From a virus (Duplodnaviria > Caudoviricetes), in the IMG/VR virus record IMGVR_UViG_3300025083_000060, positions 1 through 50,470 of that record: a DNA stretch of 50,470 nt, one strand, 5' to 3'. Shown in pieces: positions 43,948 to 50,470 of the stretch; position 1 is the first letter of the stretch, and each line of letters starts with the position of its first letter. The translations under genes were made by a program, and so were the position numbers. The notes below the pieces were generated by a model. It saw only the letters and a program-made list of their open reading frames with translations. It was not told where the DNA came from and made no database searches.

Positions 43948-45021
43948 ATGGCTTTTACATCAGCAGCAGGTTACGGGAATTTGCCAAACGGCAATTTTAG
44001 CCCAGTAATCTATTCAAAAAAAGTACAGCTTGCTTTCCGCAAGAGTACAGTATGTGGTGACATCACCAACTCTGATTATTTTGGGGAGATTTCTGCCCAA
44101 GGTGATACAGTGAAAATTATCAAAGAGCCTGAAATTTCTGTAAGCTCATACGCTCGTGGAACACAGGTTTCAGCACAAGACTTAGACGATGAGGATTTCT
44201 CCTTAGTCGTTGATAAAGCTAACTATTTTGCCTTCAAGATGGATGATATTGAGGAAGCGCACTCCCATGTCAATTTCATGTCTCTTGCAACGGATCGTGC
44301 AGCTTATCGTCTTGCTGATCAGTATGACCAAGAAGTTCTTGGCTATCTGTCAGGCTATAAACAGTCTGCTTTGCATGCAAATGCTGGCGCTGTTAATGAC
44401 CAAGTAAACGGCACTAAAGCTGTTGCTACTGCTGGCTCAGATGAGTTGTTGACTTCAATGAAACTCCGTAAGGATTCATTTGGCAACATCACAACTGGCT
44501 CTGCTGGGGATCACTCAATCCCATTGGCAGCACGTTTGCCCGGCGCTACTGAACTACCGACTGCAACTGCTTCACCTGTAATGGTTGTAGCACGTATGGG
44601 TCGTTTGTTGGATCAACAGCAAGTTGATACTGCAGGGCGTTGGCTGGTTGTTGACCCGGTATTCATGGAGCTACTTCGTGACGAAGATAGCCGCTTCTTG
44701 AACGCCGATTTCGGTGACTCAGGCTCACTTCGCAATGGTCTAAACCTCAACAACTTCTTTGGTTTCCGCTTGTACGTATCAAGCAACTTGCCTTCAGTAG
44801 GCACTGGTGCTGGAACTACAGGTTCTGCAAACCAAAACGCCAACTATGGTGTTATTGTTGCGGGTCATGATTCTGCTGTAGCAACTGCTGAGCAAATCAA
44901 CAAGACTGAAACTTACCGTGACCCTGACAGCTTTGCTGACATTGTTCGTGGTATGCACCTTTACGGTAGGAAGATTCTTCGCCCAGAAGCTCTTGTTACT
45001 GCTAAATATAACGCAGCTTAA
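43948..45021 (+). CDS. major capsid protein
   Basis: 357 aa; FSPVIYSKK, GDTVKI, RGMHLYGRKILRPEAL; start at MAFTS after GGAGG. Confidence 0.92.
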   Translation: MAFTSAAGYGNLPNGNFSPVIYSKKVQLAFRKSTVCGDITNSDYFGEISAQGDTVKIIKEPEISVSSYARGTQVSAQDLDDEDFSLVVDKANYFAFKMDDIEEAHSHVNFMSLATDRAAYRLADQYDQEVLGYLSGYKQSALHANAGAVNDQVNGTKAVATAGSDELLTSMKLRKDSFGNITTGSAGDHSIPLAARLPGATELPTATASPVMVVARMGRLLDQQQVDTAGRWLVVDPVFMELLRDEDSRFLNADFGDSGSLRNGLNLNNFFGFRLYVSSNLPSVGTGAGTTGSANQNANYGVIVAGHDSAVATAEQINKTETYRDPDSFADIVRGMHLYGRKILRPEALVTAKYNAA

Positions 45022-45034
45022 GGGAGAATACAAG

Positions 45035-45448
45035 ATGGCTTTACAATCCCCCGTCCGTATTGAGACTGCCGTGATTGCTCACGGTGATCTCACCACTAGT
45101 TCAACTCATGACATTGGTACAGTCCCAGACAATTGTGTGGTACTTGCTGCTGGCGCTGAGTGTACTGCTGCAGCTACCATTGGTGGTGCTAACGCAGTGA
45201 GCTTTGGTGTAACAGGTGGTGACGTTGATCTGCTAGGTACTGCAGATATTAACGGCGCTAAAACATTGGCTGCTACCACTACTACAGTGAATGGCATCAC
45301 AAATGTTACTGTTGCTGACACTGTTATCACAGCTAAGCTGGCTGGCTCAAACGCACCTTCTGCAGGTTCGTTCAAGTTCTTTGTAATGTACATGCCTATG
45401 GGCGCTACAAAGGCAGCGGCAGAAGTAGATCGTGATACGCTTGCATAA
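45035..45448 (+). CDS. putative capsid decoration/minor head protein
   Basis: 137 aa from MALQSP after GGGAG; beta-rich; between MCP and terminator. Confidence 0.65.
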   Translation: MALQSPVRIETAVIAHGDLTTSSTHDIGTVPDNCVVLAAGAECTAAATIGGANAVSFGVTGGDVDLLGTADINGAKTLAATTTTVNGITNVTVADTVITAKLAGSNAPSAGSFKFFVMYMPMGATKAAAEVDRDTLA

Positions 45449-45461
45449 ATGAACTAACTTT

Positions 45462-45487
45462 AGGGGCTGCTTTCTAGTGGCCCCTTT
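45462..45487 (+). terminator. stem-loop / probable terminator after capsid genes
   Basis: aggggctgc-tttcta-gtggcccct-tt. Confidence 0.65.
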
Positions 45488-45508
45488 AGGCTATCTTAGG
45501 GAAATATA

Positions 45509-46216
45509 ATGGCTTACACTTATCTTGATCTTACAAACGAAGTACTAGCTAGGTTTAATGAAGTAGCTTTAACTTCATCTAACTTTGTCAACTCTCGTGG
45601 GTTTCAAACTCAGTGTAAGAACGCTGTAAACGATGCCATTAACTATATTAATACTCGTGAGTTTAGTTGGCCTTACAATCACGCTACGCAGACAGAGACA
45701 CTTGTAGCGGGAACAACTAGATATACTATACCTACAAATGCTAAGCATGTAGATTATGATACATTTAGACTTGTAGATGATTCTTCTCTAGGAGTAGAAG
45801 GTAAATCTCTTACTATTATTGACTATAAAGATTACTTAAATAAGTTTATTAATCAAGAAGACAGATCAGATGTTGGAGGCGTACCCTCTCATATATTTAG
45901 AACACCAGATAATAACTTTGGTTTATATCCCTACCCCGACAAAGCATACTCTTTAAAGTTTGAATATTACATATACACTACTGCATTAAGTGCATCAACT
46001 GATGTACCTACTATACCTGCACAATATCGGCAAGTAATTGTGGACGGAGCTACCGCCTTTGGTTATCAGTATAGAGGGGAAGGTGGCGAATATCAATTAA
46101 ACTTTGCAAGGTTTGAGGACGGTATTAAAAGCATGCAAACTTTACTGTCCAACAGAGCCGATTACATTCGCTCTACAGTAATATACAAATCATCCGTAGG
46201 AAGTTCTTTAGTATAA
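45509..46216 (+). CDS. head-tail adaptor (tail tubular protein A-like)
   Basis: 235 aa; TYLDLTNEVL, LYPYPDKAY; first gene after capsid. Confidence 0.75.
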   Translation: MAYTYLDLTNEVLARFNEVALTSSNFVNSRGFQTQCKNAVNDAINYINTREFSWPYNHATQTETLVAGTTRYTIPTNAKHVDYDTFRLVDDSSLGVEGKSLTIIDYKDYLNKFINQEDRSDVGGVPSHIFRTPDNNFGLYPYPDKAYSLKFEYYIYTTALSASTDVPTIPAQYRQVIVDGATAFGYQYRGEGGEYQLNFARFEDGIKSMQTLLSNRADYIRSTVIYKSSVGSSLV

Positions 46217-47940
46217 TGGCAGATGAAGCAGGTCTTAATCCTTTTATCTTTCCGTGCCAAGGTGGACTAGTCCTTAATAGGTCTACGTTTACTATGCAAC
46301 CGGGACAGGCTTTTGAGTTGCAAAACTTTGAGCCTGATATTAAAGGTGGGTATAGACGTATCAATGGATATGCTAAATGGAATACTAATATTGTTCCCCA
46401 ATCTGCTACTGATACTGAAAAAGTTCTTATGTCAGCTTTTCATAGAGATGAAATTATAGCTGCTAGAGGTACTAAAATATATAGAGCAGCTAATGGTAGC
46501 AGTAATACTAATGGCGCTACTACTAACTCAGCCACAAGTATTACAGTAAACAGTACTGCAGGGTTTAGTGCTACTGGTACTATTTTAATTGGGTCAGAAC
46601 AAATTACTTACACTAGTATTGACTCCGTTACTTTCATTGGTTGCACTCGTGGTGCCAATAGTACAAGCGCAGCAGCACACGCAGATGATGTGGTAGTAAC
46701 TCAATACTGGACTGAGATTGACACAGGACGTACAGGTGCAAAAAAGTATTCGCACTTTAGGTATAATATAGACGGTAATCCTACTCTTGTTTTTGCTGAT
46801 GGGGCCAATAGTGCATCTTTATATACAACAGGAAACTCCGTAACCGATATTAATACTACTAATGCTCCAGCAGATCCTCAGTTTGTAACAGGATTTAAGA
46901 ATGCTTTATTCTTTGCGGGTATGACATCTAATCCCCAAGAGTTAATATTTAGTGCACCTTATGGTCCTACTGATTTTACACCTGCTAATGGTGCTGGATC
47001 AATACGAGTAGATAGTCCTATTACTGGTATATTTCCTTTTCGTGATTCTTTATTTATTTTTTGTGAAGAACGTATTTTTAGACTTGATGGTAATACTATA
47101 GCAGACTTTCAGCTACAGCCTGTATCAAGAAACATTGGTTGTATGAATGGTTTTACTATACAAGAATTTGCAGGGGATATTGTATTCTTAGGTAGAGATG
47201 GTTTAAGAACTGTTGCAGGAACTGAACGTATTGGTGACGTTGAACTTGGATCAATTAGTACCCCTGTTCATCAACTATTTAATGTCTATTCTGATATTTC
47301 TGAATTTGATTCAGTTATTGTTCCAGATAAAACTCAATATAGAATATTCTTTTGTGATACGTCTGGTAACGATGCAAGAACTAAAGAACGTACTAAAGGT
47401 GTAATCTGCCATAGAACTGCAGAGGGTTACGAGTTTGCGGAAACTTTAGGTATTCAACCTTCTTGCACAGATCACATAAATGAAGATGGTGTTGTATATG
47501 TAATACACGGCGGTTATGACGGTTATGTATATCAACAAGAGCAAGGTAATACTTTTGATGGTACTACTATTATTGGTAGATACAGATCCCCAGATATTAC
47601 TATGGGGGACGCAGGTATAAGAAAACAATTTCAACGTGCAGTAATTAACTATGCACCAGAAGGTTCTATAAACTCAGATTTATTTGTGAGGTATGATTAC
47701 GAAGATCCTAACTCAGCAAGACCTGCAGCTTACCCTTTTGATTCAAGTAAGGTTGTGGCTTTGTATAGCGTGGGTGAGTACGGAACAGTTACATATGGCG
47801 GTCAGTCAAACCCATTGATTAGACAACCAATAGAAGGTTCAGGTTTTGCGATAGCATTGCGTGTTGTGGATAATGGTGTATCAGTACCTTATTCACTTAA
47901 AGGCTTTCAGTTAGAATTTAAAGCAGCCGCTAGGAGATAG
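46216..47940 (+). CDS. tail nozzle / stabilisation protein (tubular B-like)
   Basis: 574 aa, beta-propeller-like; follows adaptor. Confidence 0.7.
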   Translation: MADEAGLNPFIFPCQGGLVLNRSTFTMQPGQAFELQNFEPDIKGGYRRINGYAKWNTNIVPQSATDTEKVLMSAFHRDEIIAARGTKIYRAANGSSNTNGATTNSATSITVNSTAGFSATGTILIGSEQITYTSIDSVTFIGCTRGANSTSAAAHADDVVVTQYWTEIDTGRTGAKKYSHFRYNIDGNPTLVFADGANSASLYTTGNSVTDINTTNAPADPQFVTGFKNALFFAGMTSNPQELIFSAPYGPTDFTPANGAGSIRVDSPITGIFPFRDSLFIFCEERIFRLDGNTIADFQLQPVSRNIGCMNGFTIQEFAGDIVFLGRDGLRTVAGTERIGDVELGSISTPVHQLFNVYSDISEFDSVIVPDKTQYRIFFCDTSGNDARTKERTKGVICHRTAEGYEFAETLGIQPSCTDHINEDGVVYVIHGGYDGYVYQQEQGNTFDGTTIIGRYRSPDITMGDAGIRKQFQRAVINYAPEGSINSDLFVRYDYEDPNSARPAAYPFDSSKVVALYSVGEYGTVTYGGQSNPLIRQPIEGSGFAIALRVVDNGVSVPYSLKGFQLEFKAAARR

Positions 47941-47943
47941 AAT

Positions 47944-49707
47944 ATGGCAGGTTACGCACGGCAGAGTACGTATACAGACGGTGACATTATTCAGGCATCA
48001 GACTCTAATGACGAGTTCGATCAGCTTGTTGCTGCATTTAACGCACTTAGTGGACACAAACATGATGGTACTGCAGCAGAAGGTCCGATTATTGGCTTCT
48101 TAGGTGATCCCGGTGTAGGTACAGCCCTAAACAAAATTGAAGTAGATGCTACCAATAGTAGGATTAAATTTTCTATTAATGTTTCTACTGTATCTACAAA
48201 CAAAATCTTTTTTCAATCAGAAGGTATTATCCCTGCAACGAACAATGATATTGATTTAGGCAGCAGTTCTCTAAAGTTTAAAGATGGTTACTTTGCAGGT
48301 AATCTTGATGTAGCTGGTAACATTACTCTTGGTGGTAACATTACATTAGGTGATGCAGATACAGATGGCATTACACTAAACTCTGAGATTGCATCTCATG
48401 TAATTCCTGATGCAGATGATACTTACGACTTAGGCGAGGTAGGTAAAGAGTGGCGTAATCTTTATATTGATGGCACTGCTAATATTGACTCTCTGGTAGC
48501 TGATACTGCAGACATCAACGGTGGTACTATTGATGGTGCTACTATTGCTACCTCAGACATTACAGTAGGCTCAGGCAAAACACTTGATGTATCTGCGGGT
48601 ACACTTACACTAGCTGCTGATCAAATCTCTGGTGATAAAGTTGAAGGTGGTACAATTAATGCTATCACCATTACAACACTAGCATCTACCACAGGCAACA
48701 TTACAAATGTAAATGCTACTACAGTAGATACTGCTAATATTGAAGTAACTAATATTAAAGCTAAGGATGGCACAGCAGCAGCTACAATAGCTGACTCTAC
48801 TGGTGTTATTACAGTACCATCTGCAGTACTAACTACAGCAGACATCAACGGTGGTACAATAGACGGTGTAACTATTGGTGGCTCTAGTGCAGGTGATATT
48901 ACTTTCGCTAATCTGTCGGATGGTACAATCACTGCTACAGCATTTGTCGATGAAGATGATATGTCTTCTGACTCTGCTACACTTATTCCCACACAGCAAT
49001 CAGTTAAAGCTTACGTAGATGCACAAGTAACTGCACAAGACCTTGACTTCCAAGGTGATAGTGGTGGTGCATTAAGTATTGATTTAGATAGTGAAACCTT
49101 GACAATTGCAGGTGGAACTGGTATAACTACCACGGGTTCTGGTAATACAGTAACAGCCGCTATTGACTCTACTGTAGCTACGCTTACTGGCACTCAAACT
49201 ATTACAAACAAAACTATTGATGTAGATAATAATACTGTATCTAATATTGAAGTAGATAACTTTAAAGCTGCTGCTATTGTAACTGAGTCAGAAGGTATTG
49301 CTTCTAACGATAATGATACTACATTACCTACCAGTGCTGCAGTAAAAGATTATGTAGATACAGCAATTACTGCAGAAGATCTTGACATCACCACAGATTC
49401 TGGTACAATAGCTATTGATTTAGATAGCGAGACACTTACTGTAGCTGGTGGTACAGGTCTAGCTTCAAGTGCTACAGGTAATACAGTAACTCTAGCAATT
49501 GATAATACAGTAACTACACTTACTGGAACACAGACGCTAACCAATAAGACTTTGACATCACCTACAATAAACGGTGGTTCTCTTGACAGTGCTGTAACTG
49601 GTGCCACTCAAAGCTCTGGTACTAACAACACTACAATCGCTACTACAGCTTTTGCAACTACGGTAGCTGTAGACGAAGCGACAGCATTAGCCATCGCATT
49701 AGGATAG
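47944..49707 (+). CDS. tail fibre/spike protein
   Basis: T/D/G-rich; GHKHDG, ADINGGTIDG repeats, LTGTQTLTNKTL; ends ALAIALG. Confidence 0.8.
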   Translation: MAGYARQSTYTDGDIIQASDSNDEFDQLVAAFNALSGHKHDGTAAEGPIIGFLGDPGVGTALNKIEVDATNSRIKFSINVSTVSTNKIFFQSEGIIPATNNDIDLGSSSLKFKDGYFAGNLDVAGNITLGGNITLGDADTDGITLNSEIASHVIPDADDTYDLGEVGKEWRNLYIDGTANIDSLVADTADINGGTIDGATIATSDITVGSGKTLDVSAGTLTLAADQISGDKVEGGTINAITITTLASTTGNITNVNATTVDTANIEVTNIKAKDGTAAATIADSTGVITVPSAVLTTADINGGTIDGVTIGGSSAGDITFANLSDGTITATAFVDEDDMSSDSATLIPTQQSVKAYVDAQVTAQDLDFQGDSGGALSIDLDSETLTIAGGTGITTTGSGNTVTAAIDSTVATLTGTQTITNKTIDVDNNTVSNIEVDNFKAAAIVTESEGIASNDNDTTLPTSAAVKDYVDTAITAEDLDITTDSGTIAIDLDSETLTVAGGTGLASSATGNTVTLAIDNTVTTLTGTQTLTNKTLTSPTINGGSLDSAVTGATQSSGTNNTTIATTAFATTVAVDEATALAIALG

Positions 49708-49716
49708 GAAAAGAAA

Positions 49717-50061
49717 ATGGCAAATACATTTAAGGTCATAACTAAGGCAGGGGTTACATCAGAAGATGTTATCTATACTGTTGCAAGTTCTACTACTGCA
49801 GTAATCCTTGGGTTAGTTTTAGGCAATACTACAGGCTCACAGATTACTGGTACAGTTACACTATCAAGTGATACAGCTAACAGATCAGGTGCTAACGATG
49901 AAGCAAACCAAGATGTAGAACTTGTAACTAACGCAGCTATACCTGCTGGATCATCACTCTCTGTATTAGATGGTAAAGTAGTTATGGAAGCAACAGACGT
50001 AATTAAAGTTACAGCATCTGGTGCAACAGATATTGTAATCAGTGTAATGGAGCAAACCTAA
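49717..50061 (+). CDS. small tail-associated structural protein
   Basis: 114 aa; MANTFK...IPAGSSL...KVVMEATD. Confidence 0.7.
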   Translation: MANTFKVITKAGVTSEDVIYTVASSTTAVILGLVLGNTTGSQITGTVTLSSDTANRSGANDEANQDVELVTNAAIPAGSSLSVLDGKVVMEATDVIKVTASGATDIVISVMEQT

Positions 50062-50470
50062 TGGCAGGATATATCGGTTCTAAGGCGGTCAACCTCAGTA
50101 CCACTGGGGCTGATATTAATGGTGATGCCAATATAGATGGTAATCTCTCCTTCGGCGACAACGACAAAGCCGTCTTCGGTTCAGGGTCTGACCTACAGAT
50201 TTACCATGATGGATCGAATAGCAATATATACGATGCGGGTCAAGGAAACTTAATCTTAAGAACTAATGGGGTTGCGTCTCTTTTTACAGATGCTAACAAC
50301 AAAATCCTTGGTAGCTTTAACGGAACATTAGGTGCGGTATATCTTAACCATGTTAGTGGCGGCGTGGCAAGCACTCGCCTCGCCACCACCAGCACAGGTG
50401 TAGAAATCACAGGCTCTTTAGGCATTGGCACATCAACACCCCGCACAGGCTTGCACCTATACGGCGCAGG
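50061..50470 (+). CDS. tail fibre protein, truncated by window end (not in ORF track)
   Basis: MAGYIGSKAV...LSFGDNDKAVFGSGSDLQIYHDGSNS; open to the edge. Confidence 0.8.
   Translation, partial: MAGYIGSKAVNLSTTGADINGDANIDGNLSFGDNDKAVFGSGSDLQIYHDGSNSNIYDAGQGNLILRTNGVASLFTDANNKILGSFNGTLGAVYLNHVSGGVASTRLATTSTGVEITGSLGIGTSTPRTGLHLYGA

Noticed and set aside
44918-45448. Programmed frameshift fusing MCP to the downstream ORF (T7 10B-like)
   Set aside because: The +1 frame is open for ~117 nt, but the downstream gene has its own RBS and ATG at 45035 and no clear slippery site is visible
1-50470. tRNA, rRNA, intron or intein
   Set aside because: No cloverleaf or rRNA-like segment recognised by eye; RNR, Pol A, helicase and TerL have normal lengths without intein motifs. 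A tRNAscan/Infernal run would be needed to exclude them fully

Overview
The window is most of a tailed dsDNA phage (podovirus) genome, apparently circularly permuted, with no host genes. Its family A DNA polymerase carries a DnaJ-type CxxCxGxG insertion, the hallmark of HMO-2011-type marine phages. Class II RNR, a DUF1127 gene and a GAAC-N7-GAAC box suggest an alphaproteobacterial, possibly Roseobacter-group, host (inference). The minus-strand arm (~29.0 kb to 9.7 kb) holds small early genes, a cytosine-MTase-like gene, tyrosine integrase, primase, ThyX, helicase, Pol A, SSB, exonuclease, endonuclease I, MazG and NrdJ. The plus-strand arm (29.9 kb to 50.5 kb, probably continuing at 1-9.7 kb) holds lysis genes, terminase, portal, scaffold, capsid, tail and internal virion proteins. 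The arms converge at a bidirectional terminator (~9.7 kb) and diverge at a non-coding region (29.0-29.9 kb), the likely physical genome ends. The most striking unexplained signal is a 17-bp nested palindrome (TGWCGGAC-G-GTCCGWCA) present 10 times, seen only at 23.4-29.1 kb, both between and inside genes. Three copies carry an extension forming a competing G-U-rich hairpin. Also notable: an unannotated ArfA-like mini-protein, a DUF1127 gene with its own promoter, an Ogg/HhH glycosylase-like early gene, and a recurrent [FYM]-x-x-G-G motif alongside a tape-measure-type GEYV domain. All calls come from motif recognition by eye; no searches were run.
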